Below are positions 13,086 through 26,377 of a stretch of DNA of 64,000 bases, one piece after another (position 1 is the stretch's first letter; each line of letters starts with the position of its first letter). Below the pieces are notes generated by a model. That model saw nothing but the letters and a program-made list of their open reading frames with translations, was not told the origin of the DNA and made no database searches. The stretch is from Squalus acanthias (taxonomy: Eukaryota). The position numbers and the translations under genes are program-made. The stretch is taken from positions 55,058,001-55,122,000 of the forward strand of contig CM059438.1 in NCBI GenBank assembly GCA_030390025.1, in the 5' to 3' direction.

Positions 13086-13587
13086 CTGGAGAGATTCAAC
13101 GCTGTGTGAAGGAGTTTTGGGTACTGAGCAGCACTTTGCAGGTTCATTTTGATTTGCTCTTCCTTGTATCAATTTAGAAGAGACTTTGGGGGCTGCACTC
13201 TGAGCTCTTTCCCTGGTTCTCTCCATTGTCCTTTCCAGCAGATTTGATGTGCAGGTCTCTCCAGGCCGAGATTCAAGGCTGCAATGAGCAGGATGTGGAT
13301 GGAAAGCAAGATCAACCCTCCCCTTTAAGAACTGGCCCGCGCCATTGTGTGTGTGTTCCATTGCTGACTGACATCACATGAGCTTCACCAGCGCTCTGAG
13401 GTAGCACCTCGCTCCTCGGCCTTTGTGCCTTAAGACAGGTGTGAAGCGCCTGATTTAGCGCTCCAATCACCTCCAGGGGCGATAAAAGTCAAGTTTGCAG
13501 TCGGTGGCGATAATTAGCGGCAGGCGCTAATCTTTGCGCCCGGCCGATAATTGCGCCCCAAATGGGGCGATACTGAATATCTCCCCC
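12684..13587 (+). mobile_element. Harbinger-type MITE (family I)
   Basis: TIR GGGGGAAAAATTCAGT / ACTGAATATCTCCCCC, AAA TSD, two more copies in the window. Confidence 0.88.
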
Positions 13588-15639
13588 AAAGACTCTATGC
13601 GAAGAATGAACCATCCGTGGCTAACTAAGGAAGTTAAGGATGGTATCAAATGAAAACAAAGGCATACAATGTTGCGAAGATTAGTGGTAGGCCAGAGAAT
13701 TGGGAAATTTTTAGAAAGCAGCAAAGGAAGATGAAAAAAATAAGAGGGAGAAAATAGATTATGAGAGTAAACTAGCAAAAATATAAAAACAGATAGTAAG
13801 AGCTTCTTCAGGTATATAAAAAGGAAGAGAGTATCCAAAGTAAACGTTGGTCCCTTAGAGGATGAGACTGGGGAATTAATAATGGGAAACAGGGAAATGG
13901 CAGAGACTTTGAACAAATATTTTGTATCGGTCTTCACGGTAGAAGACACTAAAAGCATCCCAATAATAATTGATAATCTTAGGAGGGAGGAACTTAAAAC
14001 AATCACTATCACTAGAGAAAAAATACTAGGCAAACTAATGGGACTAAAGGCTGACAAGTCCCCTGGACCTGATGGCCTGCATCCTAGGGTCTTAAAAGAA
14101 GTGGCTGCAGAGATAGTGAATGCGTTGGTTGTAATCTACCAAAATTCCCTGGATTCTGGAGAGGTCCCAGTGGATTGGAAAACTGCAAATATAATGCCCC
14201 TATTCAAGAAAAGAGGGAGACAGAAAGCAGGAAACTATAGGCCAGTTAGCCTAACATCTGTCATTGGGAAAATGCTGGAATCCATTATTGAGGAAGTAAT
14301 AGCAGGACATTTAGAAAATCATAATACAATCAAGCAGAGTCAACATGGTTTTATGAAAGGGAAATCATGTTTGACAAATTTACTAGAGTTCTTTGAGGAT
14401 GTATCGAGCAGGGTGGATAAAGGGGAACCAGTAGATGTAGTGTATTTGGATTTCCAGAAGGCATTCGATAAGGTGCCACATAAAAGGTTACTGCACAAGA
14501 TAAGAGCTCACGGGGTTGGGGGTAATATATTAGCATGGATAGAGGATTGGCTAACTAACAGAAAACAGAGTCGGGATAAATGGGTCATTTTCAGGTTGGC
14601 AAACTGTAACTAGTGGGGTGCCACAGGGATCAGAGCTGGGGCCTCAACTATTTACAATCTATATTAATGACTTGGATGAAGGGACCGAGTGTACTGTAGC
14701 CAAATATGCTGATGATACAAAGATAGGTGGGAAAGCAAGTTGTAAGGAAGACACAAAGAATCTGCAAAGGGATATAGATAGGTTAAGTAAGTGGGCAAAA
14801 ATTTGGCAGATGGAGTATAATGTGGGAAAATGTGAGGTTGTCCACTTTGGTTGGAAGAATAAAAAAGCAAATTATTAATTAAATGGAGAGAGACTACAAA
14901 ATGCTGCGGTACAGAGGGATCTGGGAGTCCTCGTACATGAAACACAAAAAGTTAGCATGCAGGTACAGCAAGTAATTAGGAAGGCAAATGGAATGTTGGG
15001 CCTTATTGCAAGGGGGATGGAGTATAAAAGTAGGAAGTCTTGCTACAACTGTACAGGGTGCTGGTGAGACCACATCTGGAGTACTGCATGCAGTTTTGGT
15101 CTCCTTATTGAAGGAGGGATATACTTGCATTGGAGGCAGTTCAGAGAAGGTTCACTATGTTGATTCCTGAGTTGAAGGGGTCGCCTTATGAAGAAAGGTT
15201 GAGCAGGTTGGGCCTATACTCATTGGAGTTTAGAAGAATGAGAGGTGATCTTATTGAAACATATAAGATTCTGAGGGTGCTCGACAGGGTAGATGCAGGG
15301 AGGATGTTTCCCCTCGTGGGGGAATCTAGAACTAGGGGGCATAGTTTCAGAATAAGGGGTCGCCCATTTAAAACGGAGATGAGGAGGAATTTCTTCTCTC
15401 AGAGGGTCGTGAATTTTGGAATTCTCTTCCCCAGAGAGCTGTGGAGGTGGAGTCATTGAATATATTCAAGGTGGAGATAGACAGATATTTGAGCTACAAG
15501 GGAGTGAAGGGTTATGGGGAGCAGGCGGGAAAGTGGAGTTGAGGCCAAGATCAGATCAGCCATAATCTTAGTGAATGGTGGAGCAGACTCGAGGGGCAAA
15601 TGGCCTACTCCTGCTCCTACATCTTATGTTCTTATGGAC

Positions 15640-16820
15640 CCGGGGTTTTATACTCTTTTAGTTTTGCTAGTTTGTCAATTATTTTCTACCTTTCTCTCCC
15701 AACTGCATTAATATTCGTTTTAAGCTCATCCTCTAGTGAAGTGCCTATTTCGCTATCTTCTTTAGTAAAAACTGAGGTGAAGTGGTTATTCAATACTTCT
15801 GCCATTTTTCTGTCATTAGCTGTGAGTTTATCTTGATCATCCTTTACTGGCTCTATCCCAACTTTAATTTTCCTTTTGTTATTTATGTGTCTATAGAACA
15901 CTATTATTTCTTTTTATATTCCTTGATAATTTGATTTTGTAATTTTTCTTTGCCTTCCTTATTGTTTTTTTAACTTCTCCCCTAAGTTTTTCATATTCCC
16001 TTTCGTCCCCCTTCCCACATTACGACAGTGACCCCACTTCAAAAAGTACTTCATTGGTTGTAAAGCGCTTTGAGACGTCCAGTGGTCGTGAAAGGTGCTA
16101 TATAAATGCAAGTCTTTCTTTCTCCTTTAGGATCCAAGTATTTCTTATGTCTTTTTCTTTAGATTCAATTTTCCCTTTAGTTCTTTATCATCCACAGCTT
16201 GCTTGTTTTTGGCTTTTAGTAGAATACATTTCTCTGTTAAAGATTTCTGTCTCTTTGTTTTTCAAGATTTTCTCCCAGTTTGGTTCCACCCTCATCTTCT
16301 CATAATTTGCTCTTTTCCAATCTATTGCCTTAGTCTTCATCCTCTTATGTCACTCTCGATCTTAATCTTGAACCTTAATACTACTAAGATGCTCTCCTAC
16401 TCTTACTTCTCCTATCTGTTCTGGTTCATTACCCATTACAAGATCCAGCAGTGGTTCTTTTCTTGTTGGACTTCTTACATACTGAGTGAGAAAGGAGTCC
16501 TGTATACACTGTAAAAACTCCATTCCCTTTTCTCCTTTTGCTACTTCTTCCTGTCAGTTTATTTGGGGGTAGTTGAAATTTCCCATGATTATTATTCTAT
16601 GCCTGCTACTCACCTCGTAGATTTGCCTACATATTTCTTCCTCCAATTCCCTTCCACTATTTGGTGGTCTATAGTATACCCCGTTAGGGTGATTGGATCC
16701 CTTCTTATTTTTTAACTCAATTCATATGGATTCTATATCTATCTTAGTCCTTTTTTTCTACTGCCATTATGTTATCTTTAACTAGTACAGCTACTCCACC
16801 TCCCCTCCTTCTTTCCTAAA
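15640..16820 (-). mobile_element. Old degraded CR1 fragment, interrupted by a plus-strand SINE/L2-type 3' tail at about 16017-16122
   Basis: AEVLNNHFTSVFTKED and GNFNYPQI-like remnants; tail GTAAAGCGCTTTGAGACG...GCTATATAAATGCAAGTCTTTCTTT. Confidence 0.7.
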
Positions 16821-17505
16821 TGTGTCATAATATATATAATCATATATAATTATAATGGCTAGGGCTTTGAACTCTCCTGGCAATGCACCAGTATTCACCT
16901 CTTCTGGACACGGACTAAAATGTAACAGGAGAGATGAATTGAGGCAAAGTGTGCGCGGAATTCAACGACCTCAAAAATAGCCAACTTTCCCATTGCCACG
17001 TGAATGGCGCGAACCAGAGCTTGAAACGCTGGCCATAAGCAGCAACTATGATCGTGCCCCAGACATTTACTGGAATTCTTTATAGAAGTAACAATGGCCT
17101 TGAAATTATTCCATGTGAATAATAACAGGTTAATGTCTCTGTAAAAATAATGGACAAAGGAACTTTATATGAACATGTTAGTGTCCATACACTGATATGT
17201 GTAGCTATTTCCATTCTGCAAATGGGTTTTCAGAGGTCATTTTGATATTGTTTGACATTTGAAAACCAATTTAGTTACTTGGAAGATTGAATTAGGACAA
17301 GTTATACATGGAAGGGGCAGTCTTGATGGGGCGCATGGTTTTGTAGCTCTATGTTTTCTTACGTTCTTAAGACTTTTTCTGTTCAAGGTCCTTTGATGTG
17401 GCATTGCACAGTTGCTTAATTTGTTATACATTGTTGCACAAAACATTCTCTCAACTTTACACAGTCACTCGCCATGACAGCATTGGAACTGGTCAAAACA
17501 CTCAC

Positions 17506-17739
17506 TGTGGGTGGAGCTGGTAGAGAGTTCCATCGACACCGACAGTGATCGCCAGGTGATTCAAATTCCGATTCTCCCTGATTTTGTCGACGACAGCAGC
17601 CATTCCTGCACCAGCGAGCTGGGCCGCTCTCTTGGAAACAACACCGCACACCTCCTTCACGACGACACTGTCGTCACAAGTGCTGTCCAGGCCCAGCTGC
17701 TGGAGGATTGCACGGACCTGGAGTAGAGCCAGCCGGTCA
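17506..17739 (-). CDS. HKDC1: Hexokinase exon (exon-17 equivalent, 234 bp): [23 protein letters not shown]...[13 protein letters not shown]
   Basis: cag/gtgagt boundaries, length and peptide match the vertebrate hexokinase C-terminal half; paralog call is tentative. Confidence 0.92.
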
Positions 17740-17948
17740 CTGTGTTCAGTGATTTTAAAAAAGTTATTGCCTGCTTAATAACAATAACCACACTTCAAGC
17801 GCAATTCATTGACTGTGAAGCACTGAAGATATGACAGGCGCTGTATAGGTACGCTATATACATTTTTTAATTGAATAAAATATTCAAACATTTTGTATCA
17901 AAACACTGAGCAGCGTAATACAAGTTTTATACTGCTATATTTACTTAC

Positions 17949-18104
17949 CTCTCTATCTGGGACAAGAATTTGGATTCAAAAATGCCAGCGGTCTTTAGTC
18001 TCTGTGAGATGAGGCCTCTGAACAAAAACCCCTGTTTTGTGAAGTTAATCAGTATGTTGCGCACAATTTCACCCAGAAACAGTCCACTGATCATTTTTTC
18101 ATAT
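17949..18104 (-). CDS. HKDC1: Hexokinase exon (exon-16 equivalent, 156 bp): [30 protein letters not shown]...FLSQIE
   Basis: cag/gtaagt boundaries; phase is compatible with both neighbours. Confidence 0.92.
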
Positions 18105-18519
18105 CTGGTAAATAAGAGAGAGAAATTAATGCAGGACCTTGTCTGGTTAAAATTAAACACATTTCAGAATCCAGTACTTCAAACTTTATTTTTGTGGGAA
18201 TATTTTGGTTAAATTTCCCCCTTGTTATTACCTACATAACAATGGTTATTACATTTCAAAATGTAACCAGAATTGTACCAATTCGGAGTCCTTGTGCAAA
18301 GCTATATGTGGTGTGAGTGCATAGCGGGAATTCGGGTCTGTAGGCCGCCATGCCCATTGAATGACAAAATATTTGCCAGGGTACCTTCATGTCCACTCCT
18401 GAATTCCTGAGATGTGTTCCTGCCACATGCAGCCCTGCACTGGGACAGAGAATTCATAAAATCCATACTTCTTTGTAAAGCTCTTTGAGATGTGTCTGAC
18501 AGACACGATAAGGCACTAT

Positions 18520-18960
18520 GGGGGAAAAATTGGGTTGCTTTGCACCTCCACGCTAACGGGGCACAAAGCACCTAGCGCCCGGGCGCGGCACCGCTAACGC
18601 CTCCTGCGAAATTCAGCCAGAGGTTAGCAGTGGCGGTAGCAACCTGTGGTACTGCGCCGATGTCATCGCCGTGCGCAGCGCCCCGCTCGCGCCCCCTGAC
18701 TTACCGCTGGACACTGTCCGACAGGGTCAGGGTGCTGTGTTTGTGGCCGTGGCGGCGCAAGTTAAAGGGCAGGTGCCGGGTGGCAATTTTTTTTGGGCCG
18801 CCTGCCAGCACCTGCCCCCTTTCACCTCCTCCTACGGGGTACCGGCCGCGATCGGTCAGCCTGGCATTCCTCTTGAGTGCCGGGATCTTTTCCCGGCACC
18901 CCACTCCCCAGTGGTCCAGCAGGGCCCCGGTGCGCGCTGCACTAGGCCCCTCCCCTTTAA
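18520..18960 (+). mobile_element. Truncated GC-rich Harbinger-type MITE (family III)
   Basis: Starts GGGGGAAAAATT and is homologous to 39708-40384; right end missing. Confidence 0.78.
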
Positions 18961-19949
18961 TCACCCGGAAAACAGGGACGTATGGTCATCCTAATATAAA
19001 TACGTCTTTTTTCATCTCCCTGCCTGACGTCTTTCACAACGAAGGTGGACAGCATATCCTGCTCCCAGGCCGCCTCTAATGTCCCAGACCACTGGCCAGC
19101 TGCAACTCTTGTCCTGATTTCCCCTCCCCCTTGGTAGAGTGCTTCTCTGCCTTACAAGAGTGGATTCACATGAAAGTGGGGACTATTTTCATCCCTGTTT
19201 TTGAGTGGGAATGGTAGCGTGCTAAGAATGGGGGTGCACAACTTAACATTCTACTCCTGTTAACATGGGCCTCCGCTGTGTTGGGGGCCTTAAAATAGGT
19301 GCCCAGGTGCACTCTAGAAACGGATAGGAGCCTCATTATCCCATGCAAACAGGCATCCTATGATGTTAATAGGACCCAGATGCAATTTTGGAACATCAAT
19401 GGGAGATTTGTGCAGTGCTCGCTCTGTCCATTGGTGCATGGCGTAGAGTGTCCTAAGCAGTGGTCCCAAAAGGATCACTGCAGGCCATTCCAAAAAACTC
19501 ACATTTTAAAAATCCCCCCACCAAAACCACTGCAGCCTACCCTTAGCCTTTCCCTCATCCCCCCAACCTACCTAGACTGGCTGGGCTCCTTGGAGGAGCC
19601 TCCACATTTCCCAGCTACTCCAATTGGAGAGCTGCCTGGAGTGTGCAAGCAGTTTGCCAATGGGATTCAAATGAGGCCCAGCCATAAAAATGGTTTGAGC
19701 CTCTGACTGCTTCTATCGGGCGGGCGGCAAGCTCACTCCAGCCCACCTCCTGCCCGATGGAAGCAGAGACCAATGTTTATAATGCAGGGTGTCCCAAAAG
19801 GTCTCAGGTTCAAATTATGTCTCTGTGGAGTTACCTGATCTTTACAATTAGCACTTTATACTGAGATACAGTAAAACAAATCACAGCAAAATAAAATTAC
19901 CCTTTGACTTTATTACACTGTAGACATTACAAAAGCTCTGACTGAGACA

Positions 19950-21245
19950 TAGGAATATCGGCCATTCAGCCCCTCGAGCCTGTTCCACCATTACATTCGA
20001 TCATGGTTGATCTGTATCTCAACTCCATTTACCTGCCTTTGCTCCATATCCCATGATACCCTTACCTAATTACAATATACTGATCTCGGTCTTGAAAGTT
20101 TCAATTGATCCAGCATCCACAGACTTTTGGGAAAGAGAGTTCCAGATTTCCACTCCCCTTTCTGTGAAAAGTGCTTCCTGATTTCACACCTAACTGGTCG
20201 AGCTCTGAGATTGTGCAACCTTCTTCTGGGTTTCCCCACCAGAGACATAGCTCAAACCTGAACTTGCATTTCCTCATACAGTTTAATTGATTATTAATGA
20301 TTTTGCCTGGCTTTGGACCCATCCATCTATATACTTTTAAAATAAATTCCATTGTTTCCTGAAGGAGGAATGGTCTATTAGCCCTGCTGATGGTGTGTAA
20401 AACCACCAGCCAGTGCAAGACTGAGCCATACATTCCAGAAGATAATCTGGACAACAGTCACTTTCACTTGGAACAACATGGGTTAATTAATGACAGCTAA
20501 CATGGATTTGTAAAAGGCAACTCATGTCTGACAAACTTGATTGAGGAACTTGGGTGTTCACATATACAAATCTTTGAAGGTGGCAGGACAAGTTGATAAG
20601 GCTGTTAATAAAGCATACAGGATCCTTGGATTTATAAATAGAGGCATAGAATACAAAAGCAAGGAGGCTATGCTAAACCTTTATAAATCACTGGTTGGGC
20701 CTCAGCTAGACTATTGTGCCCAATTCTGGACACTACACTTTAGGAAGGACGTCAAGGCCTTGGAGAGGGTGCAGAAGAGATTTACTCGAATGATACCAGG
20801 GATGAGGGACTTCAGTTATGTAGAGAGCCTGGAGAAGCTGGGATTGTTGTCCTTAGAGTAGAGAAGGTTAAGGGGAGATTTAAAAGAGGTGTTCAAAATT
20901 ATGAAGGGTCTTGATTTTAGATAAGGAGAAACTGTTTCCACTGGCAGGAGGGTTGGTAACCAGCGGGCACAGCTTTAAGATAATTGGCAAAAGAACCAGA
21001 GGGGAGATGAGGAGAAATTGTTTTATGCAGCGAGTTGTTATGATCTGGAATGCACTGCCTGAAAGGGTGGTGGAAGCAGATTCAATTGTAACTTTCAAAA
21101 GGGAATTGGGTAAATACTCGAAAAGGAAAACATTTCCAGGCTATGGAGAAAGAGTGGGGAAGTGGGACTAATTGGACAGCTCTTACAATGAGCCAACACA
21201 GGCAGGATGGGCCGAATGACCTCCTTCTGCACTATAAGATGATTC
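19950..21245. mobile_element. CR1 3' fragments (19950-20240 minus; 20470-21245 plus)
   Basis: ORF2 C-terminal peptides (YCAQFW, WNALPERVVEA) and CR1 3' UTR. Confidence 0.8.
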
Positions 21246-21624
21246 TAAGGTCAATTCTTGGCCTGTGCTGAGTTAGGCTGCAGCAGGTAGCCTCTGGGCC
21301 CTGGGCCATGGTTCATGCCCCTCATCACTATCTGGTGATCCCTGATGAAAGATGCGCATGATTGGGCTTCATATGATGCCTCACACGGTGAAATAGCCTG
21401 ATGACACATCTCCACCCAACACATGAAGGGTAGTAAAGGGCACCTGCCACCCACGGTACCCAGCAAGGGTGAGAGTCTTCAGGAGAGGAGAGGAGAAAAC
21501 TGGCATTGAAAAACAGTGCTACCTTGTCAACAGGAAATTAGTGTATGAGCACAGTCACTGTGTGAATTATACTGTGTAAAAGTATTCAGAAATGTGTCAT
21601 TTGATATATTAACTATTAACTTAC

Positions 21625-21808
21625 TTTTGTTTCCCAGAATTTAATGAATTGAAGTCCACCAATTTGTCAAAGGTTGTTCTGATGTTATCTATGCACCCGT
21701 TATCACCAAATCCTCCCCATTCTGTGTTGATGCACATGCTGCCATCATTTCCTTCCACTGTTTCTATGTTCTTCATTTCTTCCATGTAGCAGACATTGGT
21801 GCCAGTTC
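21625..21808 (-). CDS. HKDC1: Hexokinase exon (exon-15 equivalent, 184 bp): [19 protein letters not shown]...[17 protein letters not shown]...SLNSGKQ
   Basis: cag/gtaagt boundaries; [14 protein letters not shown] resembles HKDC1 more than HK1 or HK2, from recalled sequences. Confidence 0.93.
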
Positions 21809-22259
21809 CTGTTGTACAACAAGTAAACCAGAGAAGTAGTTCATAACACGGATTCAAAAAGTTCTCTTGCTCTCCCTGTGCCACCACCCATCCAGTTTTC
21901 TCTGCTGAAGATGCTGAATCTAGGGTATGGTTCCATAGCTCCCAGCAGCCCATGGTAGCTCACCCAAAAGGCTGTTCTCCGAGGGGTGAGCCTAGACCAA
22001 CATTGTTCAATACATTAGTCACTAGCCACATGTGGCTATTTGGGAACCCAGATGTGGATAATTCCATTTTTGATTAGTAAAAAAAAATGGGCATGTGATC
22101 TCAATACTCATATTCGCATGGTATGTGCATGTGAACTTTAACCTTTTTGTGCGTTTGATGGTAAAATGAAAAGCAGAGTGTGCGAGTGTTGATCGTTGTG
22201 AATGCTTTACTTCTGTGGTTAATGAATGGCGGTAGATGTTTTGTAAGTAATAGTACTTG

Positions 22260-25103
22260 GAGCAGAAAAGATTGAGAGGAGATTTGATAGAGGTGTTCAA
22301 AATCATGAGGGGTCTGGACAGAGTAGATAGAGAAACTGTTCCCATTGGCAGAAGGGTCGAGAACCAGAGGACACAGATTTAAGGTAAGTGGCAAAAGAAC
22401 CAAAGGCGACGTAAGAAAAAACTTTTTTACGCAGCAAGTGGTTAAGATCTGGAATGCACTTCCTGAAAGGGTGGTGGAGGCAGATTCAATAATGGCTTTC
22501 ATAAGAACATACAAAATAGGAGCAGGAGTAGGCCATTTGGCCCCTCAGGCCTGCTGTGCCATTCAATAAGATCATGGCTGATCTTCTACCTCAACTCCAC
22601 TTTCCTGCACTATCCCCATATCCCTTGATTCCCTTAATATTCAAAAATCTATCGATCTCTGTCTTGAATATACTCAACGACCGAGCCTCCACAGCCCTCT
22701 GGGGTAGAGATTCCAAAGATTCACAACCCTCTGAGTGAAGAAATTTCTCCTCATCTCAGTCATGAATGGCCGACCCCTTATTCTGAGACTGTGACCACTG
22801 TTCTAGACTCCCCAGCCAGGGGAAACATCCTCCCTGCATCTACCCTGTCAAGCCCTGTAAGAATTTTGTATGTTTCAATGAGATCACCTCTTGTTCTTCT
22901 AAACTCCAGAGAATATAGGCCTGGTCTACTCAATCTCTCCTCATAGGACAATCCCCCCATCCCAGGAACCAGTCTGGTGAACCTTCGTTGCACTCCCTCT
23001 ATGGCAAGTATATCCTACCTTACTGTACACAATACTCCAGGTGTGGTCTTACCAGGGTCCAATATAATTGCAGTAAGACGTTTTTACTCTTATACTCAAA
23101 TCCTCTTGTAATAAAGGCCAACATACCATTTGCTTTCCTAATTGCTTGCTGTACCTGCATGTTAACTTTCAGTGATTCGTGTACAAGGACACCCAGGTCC
23201 CTTTGAACACCAACAATTCCCGATCTCTCACCATTTAAAAAATACTCTGCTTTTCTTTTTTTCCTACCAAAGTGGATAACTTCACATTTCTCCACATTAT
23301 ATTCCATTTGCTATGTTCTTGCCCACTCACTTAGCTTGTCTATATCCCCTTGAAGCCTCTTTGCATCCTCCTCACAACTTACATTCCCACCAAGCTTTGT
23401 ATCATCAGCAAACTTGGATATATTACATTTGGTCCCCTCATCCAAATCATTGATATAGATTGTGAATAGCTGAGGCCCAAACACTGATCCTTGCGGTACC
23501 CCACTAGTTACAGCCTGCCAACCCGAAAATGACCCGTTTATTCCTACACTCTGTTTTCTGTCCGTTAACCAATCCTCAATCCATGCTAGTATATTACCCC
23601 TAATCCCAGGAGCCCTAATTTTGTTTAATAACCTCTTGTGTGGCACCTTATCGAATGCATCCACTGGTTCCCCCTTATCTATTCTGCTAGTTATAACCTC
23701 AAACAACTCCAACAGATTCGTCAAACATGATTTCCCTTTCATAAATCCATGTTGACTCTGCCCAATCCTATTATTATTTTCTAAGTGCCCTGTTACCACG
23801 TCCTTAATAATAGATTCTAGCATTTTCCCTACTACTGATGTCAGGCTAACTGGTCTGTAGTTCCTCGTTTTCTCTCTCCCTCCTTTCTTAAATAGTGGGG
23901 TTACATTTGCTACCTTCTGATCCGCGGGAACCGTTCTAGAATCTATGGAATTTTGGAAAATGACAACCAATGCATCCACAATCTCTATAGCCACCTTTTT
24001 CAAAACCCTAGAATGTAGGCCATCAGGTCCAGGGGATTTATCGGCTTTCAGTCCCATTAATTTCTCCAGTACTATTTTTTTTTACCAATACTAATTTCTT
24101 TCAGTTCCTCATTTGCGCTAGACCCTTGGCTCTCTACTATTTACGGGAAGTTTTTTGCGTCTTCTTCCGTGAAGACAGACACAAAGTATTTGTTTAACTT
24201 CTCTGCCATTTTCTTATTCCCCATTATAATTTCTCCTGTCTCAGCCTGTAAGGGACCCACATTTACTTTCGCTAATCTTTTCCTTTTTACATACCTATAG
24301 AAGCTTTTACAGTCTGTTTTTATGTCTCTCGCTAGTTTACTCTCATATTCTATTTTCCCTTTCTTTATCAATTTCTTGGTCCTCCTTTGCTGAATTCTAA
24401 AATACTCCAAATCCTCAGCCTTACTACTCTTTTTGGCAGCATTATAAACCTCTTCCTTTGATCTAGTACTATCTATAACTTCTCTTATTAGCCATGGTTG
24501 GACCACTTTTTCTGTGGGGTTTTTGTGCCTTAAAGGAATGTATATTTGTGGTAAATTATGTATTCATTCTTTAAATGCTAGCCATTGCTTCTCTACCATC
24601 ATACCTTTTAATGTAGTTTCCTAATCTCCCTTAGCCAACTCATCCCTCATACCTACATAGTTTGCTTTGTTTAGATTTAAGACCCTAGTTTTGGATTTAA
24701 CTAAATCACTTTCAAATTCAATATAAAATTCTATCATATTATGGTCACTCTTCCCTAAAGGCCCATTTACTACAAGGTTATTAATGAACCCTTTCTCGTT
24801 GCACAATACTAGATCTAAAATAGCCTGTTCCCGAGTTGGTTCCTCAACATATTGATCCTGAAAACTATCTTGCATACATTCCATGAATTCGTCCTCCACA
24901 CTATTACTGCAAATTTGGATTGCCCAGTCTATATGTAGATTCAAAAGGGAGTTGGATAAGTATCTGAAGAAATTTTTTTTGCAGGGCTATGGGGAAAGGG
25001 TGGGGGGAGTGGGACTAGCTGAAGTACTCTTGCAGAGAGCCAGCACGGGCTCAAGGGGCCAAATGGCCTTCTTCCATGCTGTAACCATTCTATGATTCTA
25101 TGA
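22260..25103. mobile_element. Minus-strand CR1 (about 22502-24938) inserted into a plus-strand CR1 3' fragment
   Basis: RT motifs on the minus strand; host sequence ATGGCTTTC|AAAAGGGAG rejoins across the insert. Confidence 0.88.
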
Positions 25104-25191
25104 TACACATGTGAAGTACATTTACCTGATTGTGTATGAGGGTTTTTCTACTAAAATGCATGTGGGTAAAACAGTTTCACCGTAGCCATCA

Positions 25192-25375
25192 GCCAATTCC
25201 TGTTGTACAACAAGTAAACCAGAGAAGTAATTCATAACATGGATTCAAAAAGTTCTCTTGCTCTCCCTGTGCCACCTCCCCATCCAGATGCTGAATCTAG
25301 GGTATGGTTCCATAGCTCCCAGCAGCCTCTGGTTGCTCACCCAAGAGATTTCTATTGGACAATATTGACCTAGAC
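25192..25375 (-). other. Diverged duplicate of the exon-15 acceptor region (21801-21998)
   Basis: Long near-identity: TTCCTGTTGTACAACAAGTAAACCAGAGAAGTA...CTAGGGTATGGTTCCATAGCTCCCAGCAGCC. Confidence 0.9.
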
Positions 25376-25611
25376 AGTGAGTATTGGCATGCTGTTTCGA
25401 CAGACAGCGGCACCACAGCTCAGCCCGATACTGTCCTCATTCAACATCCACAAGTGCTTTCCAGCAGACGTCACTAGATGGCGATTAGGAGCAGGAATCT
25501 GGCTCATTGTCCTTAGCCCAGGGTGCTGACGGCAATGGTAGTGCCCCTCAGAACAGCTACCTCAGTATAAAGCTGGGATCAGACCTGGGACCCACCTGTC
25601 TGGTATAACTA

Positions 25612-26377
25612 GAAACCCCGAAAATTAAACCTAATACGCGAGATTACGCACTGTGTACTCTCGCGTATTAGATCCCGAATTGCCGGTTTCCTGCATGCAC
25701 TGTGCATGCGCGGGAAACCGGCACTTCGTGAATTGAAAAGGGGGCGGGTTCCTAAGTGAACCGCGTGCACACTACAGGCTGTGCGCACGCAGTGCACTTA
25801 GTTTTTTTTCAGCTTTGAACGCGCAGGTAAGTGGTGAAGATTTACACACAAAGAAAGCAGGCGTATGACCCCCTTTTAACAAGGTAAGTAGTTAATTAAG
25901 TGTTATTTTAAATTTTTTTCAACAGGTTTATCTTTTTTAGAGACTTTAAAGAAAGGTAAGTTTATTTTTATAACTTTTAAAAAGATTTTAAATTTTTTCA
26001 AAAATTTAATTTTTTGTTTAAAGTGGTTAATTTATTTAACTATACTTATTTTATTAATGTGATGGCTTTTTTTTAAATTTAATTGAGGTTTAGCTGTTCT
26101 TTTGGGGGTTTGTAGTATTCATAGCTTTGACAGCTCTTGCCGTCAAAACTATGAATGAAAGATGGTGTGCTGCCATTGGCTCTAACTGAATCACGTGATC
26201 CCAGAGCTCGCACGAACTAATTGCGCCTCTGGGACACGCAAGCACTGCACGGTTGCAACAGAGAGAGGCTTTGAAACTAAAGTTCGTGTGGGCCCGGAGC
26301 AAAAAGGTAGGCGCGGAGTGCGATATCGCGGGGAATCCTTACCCCCGCGGGAACCATCCATGTTTAATTTCTGGGCC
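25612..26377. mobile_element. Harbinger-type MITE (family IV), inverted relative to 62914-63647
   Basis: Reverse-complement homology over about 750 bp; right end AATTTCTGGGCC; left end decayed. Confidence 0.8.

Larger units (their letters stand above)
3061..15636 (+). mobile_element. Full-length decayed CR1 LINE (element A) in pieces 3061-3350, 7874-9527, 12469-12683, 13588-15636
   Basis: ORF1 start MAGQVMC at 3289 resumes at 7874 (CSKCWQLEELRLRV), followed by esterase motifs, APE (YRPP), RT (PQGS, YADD) and a (TTCTTATG)n tail. The sequence rejoins across each nested insertion. Confidence 0.88.

Noticed and set aside
12969..13361. Recurrent MEHTHNGAG ORF (also at 29514 and 46625) as a host gene family
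   Set aside because: It lies within near-identical MITE copies, and its C-terminus shifts frame with a (CT)n length change
1..17505. Terminal hexokinase exon (SEDGSGKGAA motif)
   Set aside because: Not found by eye; presumed to lie left of the window
19178..19772. Possible old MITE
   Set aside because: Ends too decayed to show a TIR or TSD, and no second copy in the window
21809..21953. N-terminal part of ORF 21621..21953
   Set aside because: Intron read-through upstream of the AG acceptor; only 21625-21808 is hexokinase-like
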